A program made the translations under genes and the position numbers. Source: an uncultured Pseudomonadota bacterium (GTDB taxonomy: Bacteria > Vulcanimicrobiota > Vulcanimicrobiia > Eremiobacterales > Eremiobacteraceae). From it: DNA of 64,000 nt. Under the pieces are notes generated by a model. The model saw only the letters and a list, made by a program, of their open reading frames with translations, made no database searches and was not told the origin of the DNA. The stretch spans positions 64,001-128,000 of the forward strand of contig CAVTNB010000003.1 in assembly GCA_963736005.1 (NCBI GenBank), given 5' to 3'. Shown here one piece after another: positions 9,984 to 19,305 of the stretch (the first letter of the stretch is position 1; each line of letters starts with the position of its first letter).

Positions 9984-10507
9984 TTTCCGCTCTTCGCCGC
10001 GGACGCCGCCGGTTCCCCGACTTGCAGGCTGACGGGGCGGCGGCGAATCTGGAAGCGCTGGGAGACTGGGTTGCACAGCAGCGCTGCACATGCCCATTCG
10101 AGCCGGTCGCGAGCGGCGGAGCCCTTTGCCTCGTAGAGTCTCCAGCCGATGGCTCGCTCTAGCCCGAGCAGCGCAGTCATCCCAAAGGTCGTCACCAAGA
10201 GGTCCTGGAGCGGCCGGTTGTTCTCGTCCCTGTCGCGCACGAGTGCTTCGAACTGCGCGGGCTCGACGTCAGGCGCGTTCTCTGCGGCGTAACTCAGGCG
10301 ATGTTTGTTGGGGTTAAAGATGACTTCGGCATGCGACAGCTCGCTCGCGACCTCATCCGCGCGGGTACCATCCAAAACCTTAAGCAAAATGTGCTCCGAG
10401 CGCTCGACGTTCGTGAGTTCGGTGTAACCCAAGTGGTGAAGAGAGGTCAGCACGGTGAAGGCCGTGTTGTCGGGGATGATAGAGTCGATGGCAACGTCTA
10501 TTCTCAT
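9980..10507 (-). CDS. purS: PurS-like FGAM synthase subunit with two tandem PurS domains
   Basis: 175 aa, about twice a PurS. Two PurS-type ends (IFNPNKH and LLCNPVSQ, cf. LLANPV) and D-x-x-A...L..LGY in the first half; lies in the pur operon with small-type PurL and PurQ. Confidence 0.7.
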   Translation of the reverse strand: MRIDVAIDSIIPDNTAFTVLTSLHHLGYTELTNVERSEHILLKVLDGTRADEVASELSHAEVIFNPNKHRLSYAAENAPDVEPAQFEALVRDRDENNRPLQDLLVTTFGMTALLGLERAIGWRLYEAKGSAARDRLEWACAALLCNPVSQRFQIRRRPVSLQVGEPAASAAKSGK

Positions 10508-12021
10508 ATCGCTTCCACATAATCCGCCGGTGCCGTTTTATCAGCACCGCGCGGCACTCTCATGCCATCCAAGAAGAGCGTCAGCCCGATCGTCACCACC
10601 AGGTTCGCGATAAATCCATAGAGCGCCGCAAACCCCGGAACAACCAACGAGCCGAGATGCAACGGGTAGATGGAATGGAAACCATTCGATGCCGGCATGT
10701 AGGTCGCGATCGCCATGCCAACCAGCCATCCGCACAGCAGCGCTCGGCGATGGAACCAACGCGTATACATGCCAAAGATGAGTGTGGGAAACGTCTGGAG
10801 GATCCAGCCTCCCGCAAAAAGCTGAAAGTTGATTGCGTATTCGGTGGGCAGGCCGAGCACAAAGATGAGCGCGCCCAATTTCATCACAAGCGAGACAACT
10901 TTGGCATTGGTTGACTGCTGGCGATCGGTGCAGTTCGGGTTGATATATTCGCGATAAATATTGCGGGTGAAGAGGTTTGCCGAGGCAATCGACATGATTG
11001 CCGCCGGCACGAGCGCGCCGATTGCAATGGCTGCAAATCCAAAACCGGCGAACCACGGCGGAAACATTTTCAGGAACAGCTGCGGCACCGCTTCATTGGT
11101 CGTCTCGGGATTGATGCCCGCCGCAATTGCCATGTAACCAAACGTGGCCAGCACTGCCAGTAACAGGCTGTACATGGGCAACGCAATCATGTTGCGCCTG
11201 ATGACCCTCGGTCCAGAGGCGCTTAACACGCCGGTGATGTTGTGCGGGTACATGAAAATCGCTAATGCCGAACCGAGGGCCAGCGTGATGTAGGCGCTGT
11301 ATTCCGAAGGCGGCAAGAGCAGGCCAGTTGGTTTGGGTCTGACGGCCATCGCAGCGCCCGCCGCAGCGAAGATGTGCCCATAGCCTCCAAGCTTCGCTGG
11401 AATAATGATCGCAGCGGCGATGACCGTGATGTAGATGAGGGTGTCCTTTGCGATCGCCACGAGCGCCGGTGCGCGCAAGCCACCGCGGTATGTATACACC
11501 GCGAGGATGACAAAGGCGATGACGATCGGCACATCGCGCAAGATCCCAGTGCCTCCCAAACCCATCGCCTTGATGACGACCTGGATGCCCACGAGCTGGA
11601 GCGCAATGTACGGCATGGTGGCGGCAATGCCCGTGACCGCCACCGCCAGCGACAGGCTGCGGCTGTCATAGCGCTCGCGGGCGAAGTCTGCATAGGTGAT
11701 GTAGCCCCGATTCTTTGCGATGGTCCAAAAGCGCGGCGCAAAGATAAAAACCAGCGGGAAGGCGATCGCCGTGTACGGCAAAGCGTAGAACGCAAGCGCT
11801 CCCGTGCCATAAACGAAACCGGGCACCGCGATGAACGTGTAGGCGGTGTACAGATCGCCGCCGATGAGAAACCAGGAAATGAGCGTGCCGAACTGGCGCC
11901 CTCCAAGCGCCCATTCATGCAACAGATCCAAATTGCCGCGGCGCCAGTACTGACCGAGGAATCCCAAGACCGTGACGAGCCCGAACAACACAACGAAGAC
12001 GACAACTGCCGGCCAGATCAT
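10504..12021 (-). CDS. Sodium:solute symporter, MctP/YhjB monocarboxylate permease type
   Basis: LHEWALGGRQFG, WFLIGGDLYTAYTFIAVP, ATMPYIALQLVG, ALVPAAIMSIASANLFTRNIY; many TM helices. Start 12021 overlaps the DUF3311 stop. Confidence 0.9.
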   Translation of the reverse strand: MIWPAVVVFVVLFGLVTVLGFLGQYWRRGNLDLLHEWALGGRQFGTLISWFLIGGDLYTAYTFIAVPGFVYGTGALAFYALPYTAIAFPLVFIFAPRFWTIAKNRGYITYADFARERYDSRSLSLAVAVTGIAATMPYIALQLVGIQVVIKAMGLGGTGILRDVPIVIAFVILAVYTYRGGLRAPALVAIAKDTLIYITVIAAAIIIPAKLGGYGHIFAAAGAAMAVRPKPTGLLLPPSEYSAYITLALGSALAIFMYPHNITGVLSASGPRVIRRNMIALPMYSLLLAVLATFGYMAIAAGINPETTNEAVPQLFLKMFPPWFAGFGFAAIAIGALVPAAIMSIASANLFTRNIYREYINPNCTDRQQSTNAKVVSLVMKLGALIFVLGLPTEYAINFQLFAGGWILQTFPTLIFGMYTRWFHRRALLCGWLVGMAIATYMPASNGFHSIYPLHLGSLVVPGFAALYGFIANLVVTIGLTLFLDGMRVPRGADKTAPADYVEAI

Positions 12022-12233
12022 TCGCGCCCCGCGTCGTGCGCCAGAATATACACCGCCCAAATGATCAACGCCGTGGCCGCAATCCAGACGAACTGATACC
12101 AATAAAAAAACGGTACGCCGGCTATGGATGGCTCCATCGAATTGTACGAGGGGGCCCACAGCATGACTATATAGGGAACGACGAGCAACCAATACCAGCG
12201 TCGCCTAGCGGCGCCCGATTGTCGCTGCTGCAT
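12018..12233 (-). CDS. DUF3311 small membrane protein (SSS accessory subunit, YhjC type)
   Basis: LLVVPY..LW.PSYN..EP.IAGVPFFYWYQFVW, two TM helices, directly upstream of the SSS gene. Confidence 0.88.
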   Translation of the reverse strand: MQQRQSGAARRRWYWLLVVPYIVMLWAPSYNSMEPSIAGVPFFYWYQFVWIAATALIIWAVYILAHDAGRE

Positions 12234-12282
12234 ATCCGGCCGGTTAGTCGCGGCGCAAAAGAATCCTGGCCAGATGCGCGGC

Positions 12283-12306
12283 GGCGATTTTCCAATCGCC
12301 CCTACA
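12283..12306 (-). repeat. GTAG-tailed palindromic repeat (family C) supplying the purQ stop codon
   Basis: Minus strand ATG-TAG-GGGCGATTGGAAAATCGCC. Confidence 0.75.
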
Positions 12307-13036
12307 TGTTCAAGGCGCGGGCCATGCTTTGAAAGATCAGGTCTGACGTTGAGGTCTTCATCGGGTCGAGCCCACGCAGCGTTGGATCGTCAAAAGCGAG
12401 ATTAAAGTTCCAGGCGACACGTTCGGGATGTGGCATGATCGCAAGGACGTTGCCCGCGGCATTGCAGATGCCAGCTGCTCCGTGCATGGCGCTGTTGGGC
12501 GCCGAACCAACGTAACGAAAAGTGATGCGTTGATCTCGTTCGAGCGCGTCGAAAAGCGCAGGCTCGCCCGTGAAACGACCCTCACCATGTGCCATCGCCA
12601 TCTTCATCCTGATGCCTTTGGGAAGGGCCGCCGTGAGCGCGCAGCGCTCTGGCACCGCGGCAAGCTCGACGTCAAGAATGCGACATTGGAAATGGCCGGA
12701 GGGGAGATTTCGAGCGATCGCGATCGGCCCGAGAAGGCCTGCTTCGGCAAGCACCTGTGCTCCGTTGCAAAGACCCAAGACTACCTTACCGCGGGTTGCT
12801 TCTTCCGCGACGACCGTGACGCTCGGCGATTTCGCTGCAATCGCCCCGGCGCGCACTCGATCTTCGAAAGCGAATCCGCCGGGCAGCACATACCCCGCAA
12901 AGTCCCGCAAATTGCCGGGCGGCTCACTCCAAAGAACGGCGCGAGCGTCGAGTCCCGCAGCCGTGCAAGCATCGACCGTCTCCTCTTCTGAATTGGTGCC
13001 GGGAAAAACCAGCACGGCGATTCGTGGGGCCTTCAC
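12302..13036 (-). CDS. purQ: FGAM synthase glutaminase subunit PurQ
   Basis: VFPGTNSE, LPGGFAFED, GLCNGAQVL, AHGEGRF, GNVLAIMPHPER. Confidence 0.96.
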   Translation of the reverse strand: MKAPRIAVLVFPGTNSEEETVDACTAAGLDARAVLWSEPPGNLRDFAGYVLPGGFAFEDRVRAGAIAAKSPSVTVVAEEATRGKVVLGLCNGAQVLAEAGLLGPIAIARNLPSGHFQCRILDVELAAVPERCALTAALPKGIRMKMAMAHGEGRFTGEPALFDALERDQRITFRYVGSAPNSAMHGAAGICNAAGNVLAIMPHPERVAWNFNLAFDDPTLRGLDPMKTSTSDLIFQSMARALNM

Positions 13037-15390
13037 GCGAACAAATCCCGGAGCGGACGCATCCAGCTTTCGGAAAGATCGGCGAGACCGACGCTACACA
13101 GACCCTCGATCGTCAGACTCGTGCCACCCGTGTGTCCGAGCCGGATCGGCGCAGCACCCGAGCCCCGAGCGAGATCCTCGAATCGATCGACCTCCTTGGG
13201 GTCTATCGTAACGACGAAGCCGCCCGATTCGCCGAAGAGCGCCGACGATGCTGGAATGTTCGGGGCCCACTGCTCCAGAGGAAGCAGCGAGGCGCCGATG
13301 CTTCCATTCCCTTCGCCTCCCAAGCACATCTCTGCGACGCACGCGAGCACGCCGCCATCTGAAATGTCGTGCGCTGCGGTGATGCTGCCAATGTGAATGC
13401 CCTTGAGAACGGTGGCGATGTCTGCATTGACTTCGTCGTAGTCGATTGCAGGCAGCGGCCCAGCGTCGCGCAGGTGCAGCACATCGGCTAAGACCGAACC
13501 GCCCAGCCCCGTGTCGCGTGCGCCGAGCAGATACAGATGCTGGTTCGGGAACATGATGTTCATCGTCACGATTTTGCCGACATTCTCGATGCGACCAATG
13601 CAGGCCACGATTGCCGATGGCACGATCGCAGTGCCTGACGCAGAATAGTTGTAAAGGCTGACGTTGCCGCTGATGAAAGGTAATCCATCCGCTGACGCTA
13701 CGGTGATCGCACGTGCCGCTTCTGCCAACCCCAAGACGCCGTCTGCAAGCTCGCGATAGGCAACCGGATCTTCCGGATTGCCGTAGTTGAGGCAATCGGT
13801 CAGGCCGATGGGCAAAGCGCCCACGGCAGCGACGTTGCGAGCCGATTCGACGACCGCGTGCGCTGCCGCCATTTTGGCGGAAATTGCTCCAAAGCGTGCG
13901 TTGCCGTCGACCGAAATTGCAATGGCCAGGGGAGAGCCGCGACGAACGACCAGCACGCCCGCATCCGCATACCCAGGGGGAAGAGCCGTCGCTCCTCGCA
14001 CGACCGAATCGTAGTGCTCGACGAGCGGCCGCCGGCTGCATACGTCTTGGTGAGACAAAACGCGAAGCAGGGTACCGGCAACATCTGAGAGCGGCGGCGG
14101 TGCAACCTGTGCGATCTCCGGCGGCGAAGGCGCAAGCGTCCAGCTAGCCCTGACCGGCTGCGTGAGAACGTCGATTGGCAAGGCACAGATTGAACGGCCG
14201 GCTGCGGTCAGAACGTACCAGGGCTCGCGGGTTACCGTTCCGATGACCGCCGCCCTCGCGTTGGCTGAAACTTCCGGAAGCGTATATCGCTCGTTGTACA
14301 GAGCGAGCAACTCCGTTGTGAACGAAGGCGGTACCGCCCACAACATGCGCTCCTGCGTCTCGGCCATTGCGACCACGAAGGGTGAAAGGCCGGCAAGCGC
14401 TACCGGAATTTTCTCGATGTCAATGCGCGCACCAAAACCGCCGGCGCTACACATCTCCGACGAACTTCCCATGATGCCGCCGGCGCCCAAGTCTTTAAAC
14501 CCCGCCTTGATCCCGCGTTTTGCAATGAGTTCAAACGCGGCATAACTTGCTCGCATGATCACATTCTTGAGAAACGGATCGGGAACTTGGACAGCACTTT
14601 TGTTCGCTTCTGCTTCTTGCGCATCCAGTATCAGCGAAGCGAAAGCGGCGCCCCCAAAGCCGGAGCCGTCGGTCGCCTTCCCAACCAGCACGAGGTCGTA
14701 GCCCTCGCCACAGGAGGGGACTCGGCTGTGAATGATCCGGTCGCGTTCGACGAAGCCAAGCGCGACAACGTTGACCAAGCAATTGTGACTAAAGGACGGG
14801 TGAAAGTACACGTCGCCTGCCAAGTTGGGAACCCCGACGGCATTCCCATAGGCCGCGATGCCATCCACCACACCGGTTGCAACGTAGGCTTGGTGTGAGC
14901 CAGCAACGGGTGGTCCAAAGCGTAATGGGTCAGCGCTTGCGACAACTTTCGCCCCCATGCAGAGCACGTCGCGCAAAACGCCTCCAATCCCGGTTGCTGC
15001 GCCTTCAAAGGGCACGACTTGCGACGGATGGTTATGACTTTCGTGTGCGACGACCACGCCGTATTCCGTGCCGTCAACAATTCCCACGCGCAAAATGCCC
15101 GCGTCTTCCCCAACCGGCACGAGCACATCAACGCCTTGGGTCGGTAATTGGGCCAACAGCGCGCGACTGCTTTTGTACGAGCAATGCTCGCTCCACTGAA
15201 TGGCAAAGGCGTGAGCCTCGGTGCGCGTTGGATTGCGCCCCAATCGCTCTCGAATCGCGCGCAATTCCTGGGGGGTGAGCGCAAGCGCCTCGCGGTCTGC
15301 GAGGCGCTTCAGTTCATCGTCGCTGCTCTCGTCAAGCGGCAGCGGTTGTGCCGCAAGCTCTATCAGGTCTGCCGTGGCAGCAAAGCCCAT
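13033..15390 (-). CDS. purL: FGAM synthase subunit PurL (small type)
   Basis: QWSEHCSYKSS, ESHNHPS, GAATGIGG, AVQVPDPF, DLGAGG, ETQERM, TDCLNYGNPE, SGNVSLYN, AHDISDGG. Confidence 0.97.
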   Translation of the reverse strand: MGFAATADLIELAAQPLPLDESSDDELKRLADREALALTPQELRAIRERLGRNPTRTEAHAFAIQWSEHCSYKSSRALLAQLPTQGVDVLVPVGEDAGILRVGIVDGTEYGVVVAHESHNHPSQVVPFEGAATGIGGVLRDVLCMGAKVVASADPLRFGPPVAGSHQAYVATGVVDGIAAYGNAVGVPNLAGDVYFHPSFSHNCLVNVVALGFVERDRIIHSRVPSCGEGYDLVLVGKATDGSGFGGAAFASLILDAQEAEANKSAVQVPDPFLKNVIMRASYAAFELIAKRGIKAGFKDLGAGGIMGSSSEMCSAGGFGARIDIEKIPVALAGLSPFVVAMAETQERMLWAVPPSFTTELLALYNERYTLPEVSANARAAVIGTVTREPWYVLTAAGRSICALPIDVLTQPVRASWTLAPSPPEIAQVAPPPLSDVAGTLLRVLSHQDVCSRRPLVEHYDSVVRGATALPPGYADAGVLVVRRGSPLAIAISVDGNARFGAISAKMAAAHAVVESARNVAAVGALPIGLTDCLNYGNPEDPVAYRELADGVLGLAEAARAITVASADGLPFISGNVSLYNYSASGTAIVPSAIVACIGRIENVGKIVTMNIMFPNQHLYLLGARDTGLGGSVLADVLHLRDAGPLPAIDYDEVNADIATVLKGIHIGSITAAHDISDGGVLACVAEMCLGGEGNGSIGASLLPLEQWAPNIPASSALFGESGGFVVTIDPKEVDRFEDLARGSGAAPIRLGHTGGTSLTIEGLCSVGLADLSESWMRPLRDLFA

Positions 15391-16664
15391 CAGGTCCCCG
15401 CTTTACCACTCCCTGCGGGGGCGTTGAGCTGCGCGTCGGACTCGGTGACGTGCATGCGGTTGCGATACTGCGCAACGACGACTCGACCGTAGAGCACCGA
15501 ATCATCGGAGGCGAGAATTTTCGCAGCGGCAAGTGCAGCGTTTTCGGGCTCGAGGACGACCATGCTTGCGACCCCGCCCGGAAGAGCGAGACTGGAGACC
15601 ACTTCCATGCCGCCCCAGGTCGAACCAAGCACGGGGCAGGCGATGACCGGATTCGCCGTCGCGGCATCGACAAAGGCTGAGAGGGCGTTGCTTCTCCCGG
15701 CGATCGTTATGTAAACCGCCCGGCCGAGCATGTTGTCGATTTGCTGAACTTTTTGCAGCGCGTACAGAGGGGTCTTGTGGGCCGAGGCGACGTGACGGCG
15801 CGCTGGGACTCCCAAATTCTCGAGCGCTTTTGCAATCTTGTCTGCGTGCGCCGCATCCGAAGTCGAACCCATGATGATGCCAACGAAGCCACCGCCCCGC
15901 TTGGAGAATTGTCCGACACGCTCTGCAACTTCTTCGTACTTGGATTTTACGCTGTCGAGATCAGACGCACTCGGGACTGCGATGTTGCGATAGATTTGCT
16001 TGTCGAGCATCAGCGCTTGCTCGCCGGCGGGCCAAATTCGCCACGAGTCGTTGTCGATGACGTCCGCGAGGATAATCTCTGTGCCACCGTCTGCGGTCTT
16101 TGCGCGCCCGAATTCGACTTTGAGGTCGACGAGGAGCACGTTCTGTTGGCGCCAAGCATGTGCGAGGATGTCGAAGATCAGCCGCGCGTAGTCGGACATG
16201 ATGGCGACCTCGGCTTGGGTTGCGATCTTCTCTTCGACGATTTGCTCTGCCGTATACTGAGGATCGTGACGCGAGTCGTCTTTGAAGAAATACTCGACCA
16301 GGCGAGGCGCAAACACCGTGCCCGATTTGACGCCCGGGTTGCGCTTGAGATAGGAGCCTGCTGCGATGCCTCGCACGACGACTTCGATCGGAATCATCTC
16401 GCAGCGGCGCACGATCATCTCGTTTGCGTCTTCATCTTCACCGCCGCTGATGAAGTGCGTCGGCAACCCAGCCGCGTTGAGCAAGCGATAGACGCGGCTC
16501 GCCGTGAGCGCTGCGAGCCGGCCTTTGCCCGCAATGGTATGGCGTTTTGCCCCGTCGCCGGCCGTAATGTTGTCCTGCTGGACCACCACAAGTGCGTCCA
16601 TCTGATCGGGATGTTGGTAGAGTACCTTGGTCTTGCCGCGACCGACCTCAGCGCCTTTGTTCAC
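15390..16664 (-). CDS. purC: Bifunctional SAICAR synthetase / class II AIR carboxylase (PurC-PurE fusion, PAICS-like)
   Basis: N-domain GKTK, ITAGDG, IPIEVVVR..AAGS, FFKDD..HDP, DLKVEFG, LADVIDNDSWRIW, DKQIYR. C-domain IMGSTSD, ASAHKTP, AGRSNAL, PVIACP, SSLALPGG, AALAAAKIL. Confidence 0.93.
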   Translation of the reverse strand: MNKGAEVGRGKTKVLYQHPDQMDALVVVQQDNITAGDGAKRHTIAGKGRLAALTASRVYRLLNAAGLPTHFISGGEDEDANEMIVRRCEMIPIEVVVRGIAAGSYLKRNPGVKSGTVFAPRLVEYFFKDDSRHDPQYTAEQIVEEKIATQAEVAIMSDYARLIFDILAHAWRQQNVLLVDLKVEFGRAKTADGGTEIILADVIDNDSWRIWPAGEQALMLDKQIYRNIAVPSASDLDSVKSKYEEVAERVGQFSKRGGGFVGIIMGSTSDAAHADKIAKALENLGVPARRHVASAHKTPLYALQKVQQIDNMLGRAVYITIAGRSNALSAFVDAATANPVIACPVLGSTWGGMEVVSSLALPGGVASMVVLEPENAALAAAKILASDDSVLYGRVVVAQYRNRMHVTESDAQLNAPAGSGKAGT

Positions 16665-16697
16665 GGATCCTCCCTCTTGCGTGTGTCGTTGTTCGAA

Positions 16698-16723
16698 TGT
16701 AGTCGCGCGAATTTATTCGCGCG
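16698..16723 (+). repeat. GTAG-tailed palindromic repeat (family B) overlapping the purB stop
   Basis: TGTAGTCGCGCGAATTTATTCGCGCG; the purB TAA lies in the loop. Confidence 0.85.
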
Positions 16724-18149
16724 CCCGAAGTTCAATATCCAAAACTTTTTGCGCCGCCTTTGCCTCGGCAAGGGTTCGCAGTGATGCCGCCAGTTTTCGA
16801 GCTCGCTGCGCCGCAAGCCCCGTGTGTTTTTCAACTTTCATCGCCTGCTGGAGTTCGCCCGGCTTCACGTATGTGGCGATGTAATCGTCCTGCTCAAGCA
16901 GGCCGGCAAGCGGATTGCGCTCGTCTTTCTCGACGGCCTCCCACGCGCGCATCGAGAGTTCTCGCAGCCGTTCGTGCAGCTCTTGCCGGTTCGCGCCGCG
17001 CTTCGCGGCCATCATCAAAACGGCTTCGGTACACGCAAAAGGCCCAAACCGTGCCAGGTTTCTGGCAATACCGGCCTTATCCACTCGCAGGCCGCTGATT
17101 ACCTTGTGCACGAGCGCCGTTATTTCATCTGCCGCCAAGAATGACTCGGGAATGATGGTGCGACGATTGGCGGAGTCGTCAAGCGTCCGTTCGAGGAGAT
17201 TGTCTGCCGCATTCTGCCAGGCAATCTGTGCATTCGCGGCGGGAATACGCGCCAGCGAGTTGATGCGCTCGCACAACATTGGGTTTCGCTTGAACGGCAT
17301 GGCCGACGAGCCGACTTGCTTGCGACCGAAGGGCTCGCCGAGCTCGCCGAATGGACTCGAGGCAAGCACCCGAAGATCGAAGGCGAATTTGGAACACGAT
17401 GCTGCAAAACCGGCGATGGCGCTCAGAACCATATAGTCGAGTTTGCGCGGATAGGTCTGGCCGCTGACGGCCAGGGCCGCGAGGTCGAACGCGGCAAGCA
17501 CGTCTCGCTCGAGATCGTCGGGCGAGGACTTTGCTTCCTTTAGGAGTGCGCTGTAAGAGGCGGACGTCCCCACAGCTCCCCGGAGGCCTTTGCTCGGCAG
17601 CCATGCCGCGATACGGCTTAGCTCCTGGTAGTCGATGAGCATGTCTTGCGCCCAGAGCGCAAGACGCATCCCGAGCGTCGTCGGCTCGGCCGCTTGGAGA
17701 TGGGTGTATCCCATACATGGCAGGTCTGCATACTCGTCAATCTTATCCGCGAAGATTTTGAGCGCATCGGCGATGCCGCTGACGAGCATGGAGAGCGCGA
17801 CTTTGATGCGGGCCGTTTCCACGTTATCTTCCACATCCATGGAGGTCGCGCCCAGGTGAAGCTTGCCACCGCCTATCTTAGCCTGCGATGCAAAGACCCG
17901 AAGTTCTGCCATGAGATCGTGGCCGATTTCGGCCTCGATGGTGTGCGCAGCCTTAATATCCACCGCGTCGACGTAGCGGCGCAGGTCCGCAACCTCTTCT
18001 TCGCTGACGAGACCCGCTTTGGATTGTGCCTGCGCGAGCGCCAGCCAAAGGCGCCGCCACATGCGGCGTTTGGTTTCTTCGGAAAACAGCGCCCGCATGG
18101 CTGGGCGGCCGTAGCGCCATGAAAATGGAGATTGGTAAGACTCGGTCAC
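16713..18149 (-). CDS. purB: Adenylosuccinate lyase
   Basis: HDLMAE, LHLGATS, GYTHLQAAEPTT, GSSAMPFKRNP, ERTLDDSANRR. Confidence 0.97.
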   Translation of the reverse strand: MTESYQSPFSWRYGRPAMRALFSEETKRRMWRRLWLALAQAQSKAGLVSEEEVADLRRYVDAVDIKAAHTIEAEIGHDLMAELRVFASQAKIGGGKLHLGATSMDVEDNVETARIKVALSMLVSGIADALKIFADKIDEYADLPCMGYTHLQAAEPTTLGMRLALWAQDMLIDYQELSRIAAWLPSKGLRGAVGTSASYSALLKEAKSSPDDLERDVLAAFDLAALAVSGQTYPRKLDYMVLSAIAGFAASCSKFAFDLRVLASSPFGELGEPFGRKQVGSSAMPFKRNPMLCERINSLARIPAANAQIAWQNAADNLLERTLDDSANRRTIIPESFLAADEITALVHKVISGLRVDKAGIARNLARFGPFACTEAVLMMAAKRGANRQELHERLRELSMRAWEAVEKDERNPLAGLLEQDDYIATYVKPGELQQAMKVEKHTGLAAQRARKLAASLRTLAEAKAAQKVLDIELRARE

Positions 18150-18203
18150 GTAGTTCGTATTTTGGTCCGGTGTCGCGGCGCACCTTTCGGTGCTCTTGCT
18201 TGC

Positions 18204-18276
18204 AGAGCGGACCTAAAGGTCCGCTGCTACATGGGCGACTTTACCGCCGCCCGCTACGTGACCGCTGCTGCACTAC
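18204..18276 (-). repeat. Cluster of GTAG-tailed repeats (family A plus degenerate family C)
   Basis: AGCGGACCTAAAGGTCCGCT-GCTAC followed by GGGCGACTTTACCGCCGCCC-GCTAC. Confidence 0.8.
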
Positions 18277-19305
18277 TTCTGGGTGCAGAGGCGAATGATG
18301 ACTTCTTCGAGCGCCTGGTCCGCGATGCGCTTGCCCGTCATTGAGTCCTCGAGTGCCTTCATCGTCAGCCGCACGTTGTCGCGCGACTGCTGGGGCGAAC
18401 GTTTGCGGGCCAAATCCCAGAGCTTCATGGCGCGAAACGGGGACTGGCCGGTTGCAGCCGCCCAGCTATTCGGATTAGCGCCATTGGCGAGCTCCCACGC
18501 GATTTGGGCGTCGCCAGCGAGCCATATCAACGGGCCGGTCGCATCTTCGGGCTTCGCGACCATCTCGTGCGAGATCCGGAGGGCAGCCTGGAGGTCGCCG
18601 CGCCCCACGGCATTGCCCAAATCCCACAGTTTGGGATCCCCGGGCGGCTTCACATATTCTTCCGCCGCCGATTTCGTGATTTTCTTTGCAATCAGCGCCA
18701 AGCGATCGAGGGCGTTGCGTATTTCATACGCACTGTCAAACGCTGCGAGATAGCGCTTAGCTCCCGCGTCCACGCTGGTACCGATCGACTTCGAATACTC
18801 CTCAATGTACCGCTCTCGCTCCGGCTCGTCCAAGGTTGTGTTGATGAAGAGCGACACCCGGACCGCGGCTTGCAAATCCGATGGAATCGACCTTGTCTTT
18901 GGGGGCCTTGCCTCGCTGCGGCTTGGGCTCGCCGGAATCGTCGATGACGAGCAGAGCCTCCTCGCCGATGTTCTCGGGGATGGCGTCGCGCAAAGCTATA
19001 CGGTCATCATTGCGCAGGTCGGCGGCACCGCGGATGGTCACGATTCGGCGCGAAGCCAAAAACGGCAGTGCGCTCAATTTTTCGCTCAGCGTAGAATAAT
19101 CTTCCGTTGTTGTCGCGTCCAGCGTGTCGACATTGAGCGGGCGCAGCGACTCATCCGGCAGCACAGTCTCAACGATGCGCCGCAGCACATCGTCGGCGAG
19201 CATGTGCTCCTTCCCAGCGATAACGACAAGACCCGGCAGTCGCGTGGGCGGCGAAGCCACGAACTGAAGGTATCCTATGCGCGACATCGCCGCAACTGGA
19301 CTCAC
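18273..19305 (-). CDS. holA: DNA polymerase III delta subunit with an apparent +1 frameshift near 18850-18875
   Basis: VIAGKEHML...LNVDTLD...[13 protein letters not shown] (ORF 18802..19305) continues as [11 protein letters not shown]...LWDLGNAV (ORF 18273..18875); HolA layout. Confidence 0.75.

Noticed and set aside
15741..16784. Long antisense ORFs (e.g. 15741..16784, 28795..29757, 55682..56554, 41471..42256)
   Set aside because: They lie opposite well-supported genes, have no recognisable motifs and are expected shadow ORFs in GC-rich DNA.
18150..18272. Purine or ZTP riboswitch upstream of purB
   Set aside because: The hairpins in this gap are explained by the GTAG repeats, and no purine or ZTP aptamer consensus was recognised.
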